A DNA stretch of 64,000 nt from Candidatus Altiarchaeota archaeon (GTDB taxonomy: Archaea > Altiarchaeota > Altiarchaeia > IMC4 > QMZM01): assembly GCA_034659295.1 (NCBI GenBank), contig JAYEGX010000078.1:1175-65174 (forward strand), given 5' to 3'. Positions 45,184-56,016 of this stretch are shown here, piece by piece; position 1 is the stretch's first letter, and every line of letters begins with the position of its first letter. The notes under the pieces are model-generated. The model saw nothing but the letters and a program-made list of their open reading frames with translations, was not told where the DNA came from and made no database searches. A program made the position numbers and the translations under genes.

Positions 45184-45420
45184 GTTATTATGAAGTATTG
45201 CTATACTTTATAATTCAAAAATAAAAGAAATGAAATGTAAATAGATAATGAAGCTAAGAAGGGGAAATATAGAGATTGAAGGCTAAATAATATTATTCAC
45301 CAATGTGCCAGTATTATTTTCACAAAAAACGTAACAAGCAAATAAATTCAATCGATATTGTTCCGGATGTTATTATCGGGATAAAATAATTAATATCTTA
45401 TGTATATTGAAGGGGGGAAA

Positions 45421-46554
45421 ATGGATTTCGCTTCCAGACTGGATAAGGTGAGGGGATCAGCAACATTTAAGTATTCATCGCTGGCTAAAGGAGAGGGCAT
45501 ACTGAATCTCACCCAAGGCTTGATAAACTACGAAACACCCCCTAGTATAGTAGAGGCCGCAGAAAAGGCTATGAGGGAGGGGAAGACATCTTATACCCCT
45601 ACTAGGGGGATACCTGAGTTGAGGGAGAAGATTGCTCTGAAACTTGAGGAGGAGAACAATATTGAGTCCCTGGGTCCGGAGAATATATTGGTTAGTTGTG
45701 GGGCCAAGCAGGTGATATTCGAGGCGGTTATGGCATTGGTTGACAGAGACGTTGAGGTCGCTATCCCAAACCCTTCATGGGTGAGCTATGAGCCCATAAT
45801 AAACCTCGCTGAGGGTAAGATAGTCTGGCTGCCCCTCAGCTCGGAGGATGGGTTTATCCCCGGAGATGATTTTCTCTCCAAGCTGGAGAACAGTAACTCC
45901 CGGGTGATATTCATGAACTCACCCAACAATCCCACAGGCGCTGTATACCCTAAAAAGGTGATAAGGGATATGGTTGACATAGCAGAGAGGAAGGATGCAT
46001 GGATTCTTTCAGATGAAATCTATGAGAAGATAATATATCAAGGAGAGCATTTCTCCCCGGCAAGTGTATATGATAAAACCATCACCGTCAACGGTTTTTC
46101 CAAGGAGTACTCTATGACCGGCTGGCGTCTTGGTTATTGCGCCTGCCAGGAGAAGGAGGTATTAGACAAGATGAATATCATTCAATCCCAGAGCGTTTCA
46201 TGCGCCACATCATTTGTGCAGTATGCAGCACTTGAGGCCTTTACAGAAGAGGTTAAATCAGGGGTTAAGGAGATGGTATCGGACCTGAGTGATAGAAGGG
46301 ATCTGCTGGTTGAGGGCTTAGGTGCTGCTGGATTACTTGACTATGAACCGGGTGGGGCCTTTTATGTGTTTCCCCGGCTTGGGGACGGGGACGACATCAA
46401 ACTCGCAGACAGATTACTTGAGGAAGGGGTAGGGGTTATACCAGGCAGCCCGTTCGGCTCACAGGGAAGGGGTTGTGTTAGAATAAGCTATGGGTTTATA
46501 TCAGGAGATAAAATAAGAGAGGTTGTAGAAAAGCTCTCCTCCATAGAATTATAA
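45421..46554 (+). CDS. class I/II pyridoxal-phosphate aminotransferase (aspartate aminotransferase-like)
   Basis: NSPNNPTG, SDEIYE, FSKEYSMTGWRLGY (PLP lysine), VRISY. The ATG at 45421 follows AAGGGGGG. Confidence 0.8.
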   Translation: MDFASRLDKVRGSATFKYSSLAKGEGILNLTQGLINYETPPSIVEAAEKAMREGKTSYTPTRGIPELREKIALKLEEENNIESLGPENILVSCGAKQVIFEAVMALVDRDVEVAIPNPSWVSYEPIINLAEGKIVWLPLSSEDGFIPGDDFLSKLENSNSRVIFMNSPNNPTGAVYPKKVIRDMVDIAERKDAWILSDEIYEKIIYQGEHFSPASVYDKTITVNGFSKEYSMTGWRLGYCACQEKEVLDKMNIIQSQSVSCATSFVQYAALEAFTEEVKSGVKEMVSDLSDRRDLLVEGLGAAGLLDYEPGGAFYVFPRLGDGDDIKLADRLLEEGVGVIPGSPFGSQGRGCVRISYGFISGDKIREVVEKLSSIEL

Positions 46555-46555
46555 A

Positions 46556-47236
46556 ATGTTTTCTCAGGAAACCCTGTCATATATCGGAATCATAGCATTA
46601 ATTCTCTTGGTGGTATTTGTTTTGTTGCTGTTGTTTTCTACGACCGCAGTATACTTCATTTTCAGGGACAAAGGGCTGGTTGAAAGGATTTATTCTACAT
46701 TCAGCCACATAGTGTTGGATATAATGTTGTTTTTCCTGGACCTGTCTTACATCCCCCTAAAGAAGATTATCTCAGTTCTTGGTAGAAACAGCAACCGAAT
46801 TGATATAGTGTTGATTGAGATCAGGAACATGCTCTTGAAGAATAGCTTCTCTAATGTGCCCTTTAAGGATAGGCTGGTGTTGATTCCCCAGTGCCTGAGG
46901 AACATAGACTGCAAGACCACATTCAACTCGGTTGAGGGGGCCAGGTGCCTTAAATGCGGTAAATGTAAAATCGTTGATATAGTAAATAAATCAGAGGAGC
47001 TGGGGTACATGGGGGCCTACATAGCCCCAGGAGGGGGTTTTGTGAGGAGGATTATCAAGGAAAAAAAACCGAAGGCGGTTTTGGGTATCGGGTGTGCTTG
47101 GGAGGTGAACGCGGGAATACTGGAGGTCGCAAGCAAGGGCATCCCCGTTCAGGGTGTTATATTATTGAGGGATGGTTGTGTAGAAACTGATGTGGATCTG
47201 GAACAGGTTTTTGAGGTGATGGAGTATGGTAAATGA
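46556..47236 (+). CDS. DUF116-family protein (membrane anchor plus Cys-rich domain)
   Basis: LVLIPQCLRNIDC...CLKCGKCKI...APGGGF...VLGIGCAWEV...GVILLRDGCVETDVD is collinear with DUF116. Confidence 0.6.
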   Translation: MFSQETLSYIGIIALILLVVFVLLLLFSTTAVYFIFRDKGLVERIYSTFSHIVLDIMLFFLDLSYIPLKKIISVLGRNSNRIDIVLIEIRNMLLKNSFSNVPFKDRLVLIPQCLRNIDCKTTFNSVEGARCLKCGKCKIVDIVNKSEELGYMGAYIAPGGGFVRRIIKEKKPKAVLGIGCAWEVNAGILEVASKGIPVQGVILLRDGCVETDVDLEQVFEVMEYGK

Positions 47237-48437
47237 TGGAAGAAAAAAGCTTTTTTATTGGGATAAAATCGTGAGGGGGGGAGGTGATAAACGACTTGGG
47301 ATAGCTGTTATGTTCTTTTTTGTCGCATCATCTGTTGCCTCCTTCTACGCCTACAGCACGGCCTCAATAGACGTGTGGGATTTAATGACCCGGGTTTTAT
47401 CCCTCACAATAAACCCGCAGGAGATACTATCCGTATTAACTGTGCTGATTCCGTTCTTCTTTCTTTTCCCCCTACCCTTTGCTGTGATGGCCTACTATGG
47501 TATCAGAAGGGAAAGCGTCGAGTATGTGATACCGGTAGCTGCTTCTTTTTTTGCTTTATTGCTTGGTTTGTTGTTTTTTAAGGCTAACCTGACCTACCTT
47601 ATCTTCTCGGTTTCATTTATCATCGCATCAGTAATCGCAGGCAGGTGGGCTAATGTCAGATACCAGGAGCTTAAATCGATGAGGGTGTATAGGGCATCCA
47701 CAAGAGCTGCTTCCCGGGCTTATCTTGTAATCAAGATAGCGGTTATATTATCTGTTGCCCACAACATGGTAAGCAGTGAATCAATGACCGCTGAGCTCAT
47801 GGACGATTGCATGGACTCCTACGCCTCTCTATCGATGCAGTTAACAGAGAAACAGCTAAGAAGCCAGGTAGAGGACAGCATTGAGGCACAGAAGGATGTG
47901 CAGAAGGCGATGCTCTCCAACCTCACTCTTGCAGTGAGTGGGGTGATTAAATCACAGGGAATGAATAAGCTGGGTGAAATAGGAGATAGGGAGATTGAGT
48001 TGTTGGAGGATTCGTCTCTTACGCAGGAGGATAAGAAAGCAATCAAGGCAGGGGTTGAGGGGATAATAAACCAGGGAAAAAGTGAATGGGATAGTGAGGT
48101 AGACCAGCAGGCTAGGGAAATAATCGCAGGAATAGTGGAGCAGGCGGATAACAGCACACAAAAAGAGGCGCTGGTTGAGGAATACATGAAGGAGATGCGG
48201 GCGAATATGTTGAATCATGAGAACGTTAAGAAACAGATGAATGAGATGTTGAGGGAGCCTGTTCGTATAGAAGACAGGGAGATTGTAATCTACGACTTCA
48301 TGGAGAAAACAGTCCCCCTGCTTGTGGTTTTCATCCTGTGGGGTGTTATGGGAATCTGGAAGAATCTGATGTTCCTCCCCCTGGTGGGTTTATACACGAT
48401 AATTATTTCGAGGGTTTTTAAGGGGGAACAAAAATAA
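47226..48437 (+). CDS. membrane protein with central acidic coiled-coil region, unknown function
   Basis: 4-5 N-terminal and 2 C-terminal TM segments flank a 170-aa E/Q/K-rich segment. Overlaps the DUF116 stop by 11 nt. Confidence 0.4.
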   Translation: MVNDGRKKLFYWDKIVRGGGDKRLGIAVMFFFVASSVASFYAYSTASIDVWDLMTRVLSLTINPQEILSVLTVLIPFFFLFPLPFAVMAYYGIRRESVEYVIPVAASFFALLLGLLFFKANLTYLIFSVSFIIASVIAGRWANVRYQELKSMRVYRASTRAASRAYLVIKIAVILSVAHNMVSSESMTAELMDDCMDSYASLSMQLTEKQLRSQVEDSIEAQKDVQKAMLSNLTLAVSGVIKSQGMNKLGEIGDREIELLEDSSLTQEDKKAIKAGVEGIINQGKSEWDSEVDQQAREIIAGIVEQADNSTQKEALVEEYMKEMRANMLNHENVKKQMNEMLREPVRIEDREIVIYDFMEKTVPLLVVFILWGVMGIWKNLMFLPLVGLYTIIISRVFKGEQK

Positions 48438-48446
48438 ATTAAGGGA

Positions 48447-49565
48447 ATGGATTTTGATGAGATAAAAAAAATGGAGGAAATATTTTACTCCAACACATTC
48501 ACAAGGCTTCCGGTAGCTCTGGAGAGGGGGGATGGGATGTATCTCTACGACTTCGACGGTAAGAGGTACCTGGACATGTTTGCCGGGATAGCTGTTAACT
48601 GCTTGGGTCACGCTCATCCGGCAGTACTTGAGGCGTTAGAGAAGCAGTCGAGGAAGCTGTTGCATGTCTCCAACTGGTTTTATACGCTGCCACAGCTTGA
48701 ACTGGCGAAGCTTCTGGTAGAGATTAGTGGCATGGAAAAGGCTTTTCTAACCAACTCCGGAAGCGAAGCCGTTGAGGCTGCTATAAAGCTGGTGAGGGCT
48801 AGAACAGGGAAAAAAGAGATTATTGCCATGGAGAACGCATTCCATGGAAGGACCCTTGGCGCCCTGAGTTTGACCTGGGAGGAGAAATACAGGGAACCCT
48901 TTAAGCCCCTGGTTCCTGGGATGAGGTTCGCAAGATATGATGATATAGATTCACTGGAGGATAAAATAAACAAGGACACTGCTGCGGTAATCCTGGAGCC
49001 GGTATTGGGTGAGGCGGGAGTTATTATCCCAGAGAAAGACTACCTGAAGGCTGTGAGGGATTTAACCTATGACAGGGGTGTTTTGTTGATTGTTGATGAG
49101 GTGCAAACCGGGTTCGGCAGGACCGGGGAGTTGTTCGCATTCCAGAAATCAGGGATTAAGCCAGATATCCTGTGCCTGGCTAAGGGCTTGGGCTCTGGTT
49201 TTCCGGTAGGTGCCATGCTTTCCTCGGGGATAGACTTCAAACCGGGAGAGCATGGAGGAACCTTCATAGGGAATCCCCTGGCTTGTGAGGTAGCTAAGGC
49301 TGTGGTTGATACCATAATAAAGGATAAACTCCATGTTAACGCAAGGGAGGTGGGCTCTTATCTCAAGAAAAAACTGGAAGGGAAAGGCTTCAATGTTTGG
49401 GGTGAGGGATTGATGATTGGCGTGGAAACAGAGGATGGAGAAAGCAGGGTCCTGGAGTTGATAAAAAGGGGTGTTTTGGCCATACACTCCGGAAATACAG
49501 TCAGGGTCCTTCCCCCCTTGATTATTGAAAAGAAACACGCTGATGAATTTCTCCAAAAGTTCTGA
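48447..49565 (+). CDS. argD: acetylornithine/LysW-lysine-type class III aminotransferase
   Basis: NSGSEAVEAAIK, HGRT, DEVQTGFGRTG, LAKGLGSGFP (PLP lysine). Confidence 0.8.
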   Translation: MDFDEIKKMEEIFYSNTFTRLPVALERGDGMYLYDFDGKRYLDMFAGIAVNCLGHAHPAVLEALEKQSRKLLHVSNWFYTLPQLELAKLLVEISGMEKAFLTNSGSEAVEAAIKLVRARTGKKEIIAMENAFHGRTLGALSLTWEEKYREPFKPLVPGMRFARYDDIDSLEDKINKDTAAVILEPVLGEAGVIIPEKDYLKAVRDLTYDRGVLLIVDEVQTGFGRTGELFAFQKSGIKPDILCLAKGLGSGFPVGAMLSSGIDFKPGEHGGTFIGNPLACEVAKAVVDTIIKDKLHVNAREVGSYLKKKLEGKGFNVWGEGLMIGVETEDGESRVLELIKRGVLAIHSGNTVRVLPPLIIEKKHADEFLQKF

Positions 49566-49603
49566 GATATATTGGCTTACGTGAATAGTTATTATTCTCG
49601 AAA

Positions 49604-51004
49604 ATGAAGTCTGAGCAGATAAGCAAAGAGTTATGGGATGATATTAAGTTATTCAGCGAGAGGCTGAGGCAGGAGAAGGATGTGTTGGTGGTCAGCCACC
49701 ACGACGCTGATGGAATAACAGCCTGCGCTATTTTACTGGACTTATTCAGTTACCTAAAAATAAAAACTGATTCGATAATCACCAAGCAGCTGGATAGTAG
49801 GGTAATGGAGAGGATTAAGGGGATAGAAAGAAGTGTTGTGTTCTCGGATATGGGCTCCGGGCAGCTTAATCTCATCAGGGAAAGCGGGGTAGATTATTAT
49901 ATCATAGACCACCACAAGCCAATGGAAAGAGATGATAGACAGGTTAATCCACATTTTTATGGCTATGACGGGGGGCGTGATGTCGCAGGGGCTGGGATGG
50001 CCTATTTTGTGGCTAAATCTTTGGGGCGGGTTGATATGGCGCATCTGGCCCTGGTTGGGGCGGTAGGCGACATGCAGGACTCTAGCGGAAGCCTTCATTC
50101 GCTCAACAGAATAATTCTTGAGGATGCTGTGAAGCAGAAGACGGTGAAGGTAAAAAACGATTTAAGGTTGTTTGGAAGGCAAAGCAGGTCTGTGCACCTG
50201 ATGCTAACCTATGCATCGGATCCGATAATCCCTGGATTAACAGGTAATCAGCAGGCATGCATGCAGTTTATTGAGTCGCTGGGAATCAACCCGAAAAGAG
50301 ATAACAACTCCTGGAAGAGCTATGTGGACCTCAGCCTCGGGGAAAGAAAGAAACTCATCAGTGCACTATACATGAGGCTACTTGACTTTAACGTCCCTGA
50401 ATATCTTATTCAGGGGATGGTCGGCGAGGTCTACACCCTGCTGAGGGAGGAAAAAAGGAGTGAGTTAAGGGATAGTAAGGAGTACGCTACCTTGATGAAC
50501 GCGTGCGGCAGGCAGGAGAGGGCTGAGATAGGATTGGCGGTGTGTTTAGGTGATCGGGAAGGTAAATGGGATGAAGCAAGGGAGCTTTTGCAAAGCCATC
50601 GGGAGATGCTAAGAAGGGGCATACAGTATCTATCAAACAGCGGGGTTAATAAGAGAGCGCAGCTTTATTACTTTAACGCTGGGGGTGAGATAAACGAGAG
50701 GATTATTGGCGTGGTGGCCGGGATGGCCTATGGCGCTAAGATTATTCCACCAAACAAGCCCATACTGGCCTTCGCCTTGGACAGGGAGGACCCTGAAATG
50801 ATGAAGGTTTCCGCCAGGGCTAATTGGACTCTGGTCAGGAGGGGGATTCGCTTGGGAGATGCTATGCGCAAGAGCAGCAGGAAATTCGGCGGAGAAGGCG
50901 GAGGACATGATATTGCAGCAGGCGCCACAGTACCTAAGAAGGCAGTGGATTCATTTATTGAAGCAGTGAACGACATATTCGAGAAACAGCTCACAGGAGG
51001 GTAG
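49604..51004 (+). CDS. DHH/DHHA1 phosphoesterase, archaeal RecJ/GAN (Cdc45-like) nuclease
   Basis: VVSHHDADGITA, FSDMGSG, IIDHH, GGEGGGHDIAAGA (DHHA1). Confidence 0.75.
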   Translation: MKSEQISKELWDDIKLFSERLRQEKDVLVVSHHDADGITACAILLDLFSYLKIKTDSIITKQLDSRVMERIKGIERSVVFSDMGSGQLNLIRESGVDYYIIDHHKPMERDDRQVNPHFYGYDGGRDVAGAGMAYFVAKSLGRVDMAHLALVGAVGDMQDSSGSLHSLNRIILEDAVKQKTVKVKNDLRLFGRQSRSVHLMLTYASDPIIPGLTGNQQACMQFIESLGINPKRDNNSWKSYVDLSLGERKKLISALYMRLLDFNVPEYLIQGMVGEVYTLLREEKRSELRDSKEYATLMNACGRQERAEIGLAVCLGDREGKWDEARELLQSHREMLRRGIQYLSNSGVNKRAQLYYFNAGGEINERIIGVVAGMAYGAKIIPPNKPILAFALDREDPEMMKVSARANWTLVRRGIRLGDAMRKSSRKFGGEGGGHDIAAGATVPKKAVDSFIEAVNDIFEKQLTGG

Positions 51005-51119
51005 GTGGTATTTAAGTAATGAGTCGAATATATATCTTTCTACACTGTAGAACCCGCTTTCTGGGTGCGCCGGATGCGTCTGGTGTACGCCAGGTAACAT
51101 TAGCTGAATCAATCAAAAA

Positions 51120-51572
51120 ATGGCTCGCATGCACGCACGCAGGAGAGGTAAATCAGGCTCAAAGAAACCTAGCAGGAGGCATACGGAGTGGCTGGATTAC
51201 GACGAAAAGGAGACAGAGGAGCTGATTGTGAAGCTGGCGAAAGATGATAAGACACCCAGCGAGATAGGTACCATCCTCAGAGACAGCTACGGTATTACCA
51301 GCGTGAAGGATGTCGCTGGTAAGAAACTACGGTATTTCCTTGAGAAGAACAAGCTGGCATCAGAGCTACCGGAAGATCTTGAAAACCTCATCCAGAAAGC
51401 AGTTAACCTCAGGAAACACCTTGAGTCTCATAAAAAAGACATACACAACAGGAGGAACCTGGCTCTTATTGAGTCAAAAATCAGGAGACTGGTCAAATAC
51501 TACAAGAACACCAGAAAGCTGCCGGCTGACTGGAGATACGACCCCGAGAAAGCGAAGCTCATGGTAAGATGA
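51120..51572 (+). CDS. rps15: 30S ribosomal protein uS15 (S15/S13e)
   Basis: [18 protein letters not shown]-terminus and C-terminal S15 helix block; 150 aa. Confidence 0.9.
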   Translation: MARMHARRRGKSGSKKPSRRHTEWLDYDEKETEELIVKLAKDDKTPSEIGTILRDSYGITSVKDVAGKKLRYFLEKNKLASELPEDLENLIQKAVNLRKHLESHKKDIHNRRNLALIESKIRRLVKYYKNTRKLPADWRYDPEKAKLMVR

Positions 51573-51790
51573 AAGCTAAAGCCCTACTTAAAACCAGGTC
51601 AATGGATGCATCAAGTGTCGCGAAATCGCTTCAAACAGATAATGTTACAATGGAAGACCTGAGGATTAAGACAACACCCGAGGGAAAATATATAACAACC
51701 CATGTGGAGTCAGGGAACCTGAACTGTCTGATGAATACCTTAGACGACTTAATATGCTGCCAGATGGTTGCTGAGAGGGTGATTCAATAA
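51569..51790 (+). CDS. pcc1: KEOPS complex subunit Pcc1-like
   Basis: 73 aa; pattern A-x-L-x-x-x-x-x-x-A-x-x-V-x-x-S-L-x-x-D...L-x-x-x-M-N-T-L-D-D-L-x-x-x-x-x-V-A-E. Lies between r-protein genes and overlaps the rps15 stop. Confidence 0.55.
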   Translation: MKAKALLKTRSMDASSVAKSLQTDNVTMEDLRIKTTPEGKYITTHVESGNLNCLMNTLDDLICCQMVAERVIQ

Positions 51791-51796
51791 AAAAAA

Positions 51797-52357
51797 ATGG
51801 CGCGCAAGAAGATTTCATCGTGGAAAAAAAAGCAGTTCTTCGAAATAGTAGCGCCCAAGGAATTTGAATACCGGAAGGTAGGTGAGTGCGTAGCAAACGA
51901 TCCGGACAGCGTCATAGGGAGAACACTTGACGTGTCCCTCTGGGAGATGCTGAAGGATAAAACAAAACAACATATGAAGATTATCTTCAAGATTGTTGAT
52001 ATTAAGGGTGGGAAAGCCCACACCCGCTTCAAGAAATTCGAGGTCAACCCCGGCTACCTGAGGTCTAAGGTAAAAAAGGGTGCAAGCAAGATAGATAGCA
52101 TAGTCCACTTAAAACTAAAGGATGATGTGAATGTGCATGTCAAGGTCATGACCATAACCTACAAACATATTTCATCAACAAAGGAGAGAGATATAAGAAA
52201 CAAGGTTTCTGAAATCATCGGATCCTATAAAAACCATAGGGTGAACGATTTCGTCCAGCAGGCTGTTGTAGGTAAGTTGGGTAGTAACATATACAAGAAC
52301 GTTAAGAGGATAAGCCCTGTAAGGCGTGTTGAGGTCGAGGAAATAAAGGCTCTCTAA
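51797..52357 (+). CDS. rps3ae: 30S ribosomal protein eS1 (S3Ae)
   Basis: MARKKISSWKKKQFFEIVAPKEF is the canonical S3Ae N-terminus. Confidence 0.9.
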   Translation: MARKKISSWKKKQFFEIVAPKEFEYRKVGECVANDPDSVIGRTLDVSLWEMLKDKTKQHMKIIFKIVDIKGGKAHTRFKKFEVNPGYLRSKVKKGASKIDSIVHLKLKDDVNVHVKVMTITYKHISSTKERDIRNKVSEIIGSYKNHRVNDFVQQAVVGKLGSNIYKNVKRISPVRRVEVEEIKAL

Positions 52358-53755
52358 TCACTCAAATTTTTTGCAGTAAAGGAACGCTGCAGGTATTTTT
52401 TCTATCACATCAGTGGCCGTATAATGATAACCCTTGTCCCCCATGCACAGGTCTCCTGCAACACCACAGATAAAGGCGGCGGCGGAGGCAGCATTAAATA
52501 ATGTTGTTTTTTTGTTGCATGCCAGAGCTCCCACAATACCTGCCAGAACATCCCCGGTGCCTCCAACAGTCAACCCCGCATTTCCTGTAGTATTCAACTT
52601 AACCCGCATGCCGTCGGAGATCACATCCATGGGGCTCTTTAAAAGGATTACTGTACCGGTTTTTTCTGCATGCTCTTTTACCACATCAGGGCTGTCTGGC
52701 ATCTCACCGAAGAGAGTTTCGAACTCCCCCCTGTGAGGGGTTAATATCACCCTGCCATTAGAGTATCTTCCTAAATCCCTCTCCTTCAGGAGGTTAAGGG
52801 CATCAGCATCAAATACAACAGGATTCTCTGCTTTCCTCAGGATTTCCTTCACCGCATCCGCTGACTCTTTCTTTGTTCCCAGGCCGTTGCCCACAACTAG
52901 AGTATCATGTCTAACCTCCAGGAGTTTTTTCACATCCCCTAGACTTAGGTAGTGTTCAGATTCAAGCTCAAGGTATATCAGGTTGGGATCTGATTTGATT
53001 CGTTCCAACACACGGGAGGGTGCCGCTAAAATAGAGAGGTCTGCTCCGCTTCTAAGCGCTGAGACGGCAGCCAGCAGGGGAGCACCGAGATAATCCCTGC
53101 TCCCTCCTGCAGTAAGTACCCTGCCGAAAGCGCCCTTATGCTCCGCTCCGCTCCTTCCTGGAACTGCCAGGTAGACGTCTCCCGGACCCGCATGCTGTTC
53201 CGCCTCAGGGGGTATTCCGATATAAGCAACCTTTGCATCCTCTGTCTTGGGTAGATGGAAGGATAGAACCAGATCAGCTTCAATCGCAGGATAATCAACA
53301 GAGATTTTATAAGATTTTGATGCGTTTATTGTATCAGCTATGCTCTTCACAGGCTGCCTAAGCTCTCCCCTGATGCCTGTGCCAATCAGGGCTTCGATTA
53401 TGCACCCGAATCCGGTTAGTTCATTTCTGATTTCCACGCACTGGGTGGAGTCGGTCACGTATTCAAGTTCTATGGAATCCAGTTTTTTTATTATTTCAAA
53501 ATTTCTCCTGTTTCCTTCAGTCCTCTCCCCCTTCAGGGAGTATACCCTCACCTTCTTTCCCAGACAGGACAGGTGTCTGGCAGCCACCAGGCCATCTCCC
53601 CCGTTGTTGCCTGTCCCGCAGAATACCGCTATTTTTTCATAGGATGAGGCTTTTAATGCGACCTCTTTACCCGCGTTCTCCATCAGCAGAATACCTTCCA
53701 CACCAAGGTAGGAGGCGTTCATATCCAGTGCCTTAGTAAGATTGAAGTTATCCAT
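52358..53755 (-). CDS. nnr: bifunctional NAD(P)H-hydrate repair enzyme (epimerase / ADP-dependent dehydratase)
   Basis: YjeF-N block CGTGNNGGDG plus C-terminal carbohydrate-kinase block GGTGDVLAG; 465 aa. Confidence 0.85.
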   Translation of the reverse strand: MDNFNLTKALDMNASYLGVEGILLMENAGKEVALKASSYEKIAVFCGTGNNGGDGLVAARHLSCLGKKVRVYSLKGERTEGNRRNFEIIKKLDSIELEYVTDSTQCVEIRNELTGFGCIIEALIGTGIRGELRQPVKSIADTINASKSYKISVDYPAIEADLVLSFHLPKTEDAKVAYIGIPPEAEQHAGPGDVYLAVPGRSGAEHKGAFGRVLTAGGSRDYLGAPLLAAVSALRSGADLSILAAPSRVLERIKSDPNLIYLELESEHYLSLGDVKKLLEVRHDTLVVGNGLGTKKESADAVKEILRKAENPVVFDADALNLLKERDLGRYSNGRVILTPHRGEFETLFGEMPDSPDVVKEHAEKTGTVILLKSPMDVISDGMRVKLNTTGNAGLTVGGTGDVLAGIVGALACNKKTTLFNAASAAAFICGVAGDLCMGDKGYHYTATDVIEKIPAAFLYCKKFE

Positions 53756-53772
53756 CAGTGCAGCCTCATCAT

Positions 53773-55944
53773 CTAACGGTAGTATGCCATCTCCTTCAAC
53801 CCTTCACTGGTGCCTTTCTCGAAGGCGCTTATATCCAGCTTGGATACGGACGGTTGTATATTTTTCAGGGCCTCTTCGAAATGCTTCATTGGAACCTTAT
53901 CCGAATCTATGCTCTCCCTAAGGGATATCATGGCAGCCTCCCTGCATATTGCTTCAATGTCTGCGCCACTGTATCCCTTGGTTTTCTCAACCAGCTCGTT
54001 GAATTTAACACCATCAAGGGGCATGTTCCGGGTATGTATGTTGAATATCTCCAACCGGGCATCCTTATCTGGCACGGGCACAACAATCCGGGTGTCGAAT
54101 CTGCCAGGTCTTAAGAGAGCCGAATCTAGTATATCAGGCCTGTTCGTCGCCCCGATAATCATCACATTCTCCAGGTCTTCTATGCCATCCATCTCGGTCA
54201 GTATCTGGTTCACCACGGTCTCTGTTACAGGGGAACTGGTAGAGTCCTCCCCCCTTCTCCTGGGGGCGATGGCGTCTATTTCATCAAATAATATTATTGT
54301 GGGCGAGGTCTGCTTAGCCTTCTTGAAGATCTCCCTTACCGCCTTCTCTGATTCACCCACCCATTTAGACAAAAGCTCAGGTCCCTTTACTGCTATCATA
54401 TTAGCCTCTGACTCGTTTGCCGCTGCCTTAGCCAGAAGGGTTTTACCGCACCCGGGGGGTCCGTTTAGGAGTATTGCCTTGGTTGGCCTGATTCCCATTC
54501 TCTTAAACGCTTGCGGGTGTTTCATAGGCCACTCCACCGCCTCCTTCAGAAGGTTCTTCACATCATTAAGGCCTCCAATGTCAGTCCATTTAACGTCAGG
54601 TATCTCCACCAGCACCTCCCTCAGGGCTGAGGGAGAAACCAGCTTTTTGGCATTGACGAAGTCCTTTCGTTCCACCTTCAGTGAGTCCAATACGTCCACA
54701 GGGATTTCATCCTTCTCCAGGTCTATATGGGGCAGTATCCTTTTGAGGGTTTGCATGGCAGCCTCCCTGCCTAAAGATGCTAAATCCGCTCCTACGAACC
54801 CGTGGGTGGAGGATGCCATCTCATCCAGGTCGACGTTATCTGCTAGGGGCATGTTTCTTGTATGTATCTGGAGTATCTCTTTCCTGCCGTCTCTGTCTGG
54901 CACGCCTATTTCAATCTCCCGGTCGAATCTGCCCGGTCTTCTTAGCGCAGGGTCTATTGAGTTAGGTCTGTTTGTTGCACCGATAACAACCACGTTACCT
55001 CTTTCCATCAGCCCGTCCATCAGGGCAAGCAGTTGGGCCACCACCCTTCGCTCTACCTCGCCCTTGGTTTCCTCTCTCTTTGGTGCGATAGAGTCCAGCT
55101 CGTCTATGAAGATTATGGATGGGGCATTTTCCTGTGCCTCCGAGAATATCTCCCTCAGCTTTCTCTCTGATTCCCCGTAGTATTTGTCCATTATTTCAGG
55201 TCCATTAAAGGGTAGGAAGTAGGAGTTTGTTTCGCTTGCCACCGCCTTAGCTATCAGCGTCTTTCCTGTTCCGGGGGGGCCGTATAATAAAAGACCCTTG
55301 GGGGGTAGTATCCCAAGTTTCTCAAATAGTTCAGGGTGTTTCATGGGTAATTCCACCATCTCCCTGACCCGGGATATCTCCTCTTTTAGCCCTCCAATAT
55401 CCTCATATCTAACGGCCAGCTCTGTTGACTCAGCCCTGAGGGGTTTCTCCCTGATCTCAAGGTTTGTGTTGTTTAGTATTTGGATTACACCGGAGGGTTT
55501 TGTTTTGGCTACCATGAAGGGTATGGCCTGACCCAAAACACCGATGGACAGGTTATCGCCTTTCATCATCGGCCTGCCCAGGAACCTCTGTTTTATATGG
55601 TTGGCGAAGTCTCCGCCGAACTTTATTTCGTGTTTTATCGGAGCTATTATTATCGTCTTGGCTGGGTGGACTTCTGCCTTCTTGATTGAGACACGATCTC
55701 CCAGTGATGTCTCTGAATTTTGTCTTATTAGACCGTCCATTCTTACTATACCAGCTCCCATGTCTTGTGGGTGAAGGGGCCATACTATTGCTGCCGTGCT
55801 TTTCTTGCCCTTGATTTCGAGTATATCGCCTGATGTCACACCCAGGGCTTTCATTGTTATTTCGTCTATCCTGGCTATACCCCGCCCAACATCGTTTTGA
55901 AGGGCTTCCATGACCTTAAGCTCTATGTTTTTGTCTTTTATCAT
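53773..55944 (-). CDS. cdc48: CDC48/VCP-type AAA+ ATPase
   Basis: N-domain ([19 protein letters not shown]) and two AAA modules with GPPGTGKT and GPPGCGKT Walker A motifs; 723 aa. Confidence 0.95.
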   Translation of the reverse strand: MIKDKNIELKVMEALQNDVGRGIARIDEITMKALGVTSGDILEIKGKKSTAAIVWPLHPQDMGAGIVRMDGLIRQNSETSLGDRVSIKKAEVHPAKTIIIAPIKHEIKFGGDFANHIKQRFLGRPMMKGDNLSIGVLGQAIPFMVAKTKPSGVIQILNNTNLEIREKPLRAESTELAVRYEDIGGLKEEISRVREMVELPMKHPELFEKLGILPPKGLLLYGPPGTGKTLIAKAVASETNSYFLPFNGPEIMDKYYGESERKLREIFSEAQENAPSIIFIDELDSIAPKREETKGEVERRVVAQLLALMDGLMERGNVVVIGATNRPNSIDPALRRPGRFDREIEIGVPDRDGRKEILQIHTRNMPLADNVDLDEMASSTHGFVGADLASLGREAAMQTLKRILPHIDLEKDEIPVDVLDSLKVERKDFVNAKKLVSPSALREVLVEIPDVKWTDIGGLNDVKNLLKEAVEWPMKHPQAFKRMGIRPTKAILLNGPPGCGKTLLAKAAANESEANMIAVKGPELLSKWVGESEKAVREIFKKAKQTSPTIILFDEIDAIAPRRRGEDSTSSPVTETVVNQILTEMDGIEDLENVMIIGATNRPDILDSALLRPGRFDTRIVVPVPDKDARLEIFNIHTRNMPLDGVKFNELVEKTKGYSGADIEAICREAAMISLRESIDSDKVPMKHFEEALKNIQPSVSKLDISAFEKGTSEGLKEMAYYR

Positions 55945-56016
55945 TTTTTTTGTGTAATGTTTTTGGATTAAATAAAGATAAGGTGCAACATATATATTGT
56001 ATTTAACATATAAAAA

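Noticed and set aside
51019-51225. 68-aa ORF overlapping the rps15 start
   Set aside because: It overlaps the canonical uS15 N-terminus in another frame, and the region upstream is better explained as the rps15 promoter (ATATATAT box).
53810-55180. 456-aa ORF on the plus strand
   Set aside because: Entirely antisense to the well-supported cdc48 gene. Its Ser/Leu/Pro-rich low-complexity translation with no motifs is the usual shadow ORF of a long gene.
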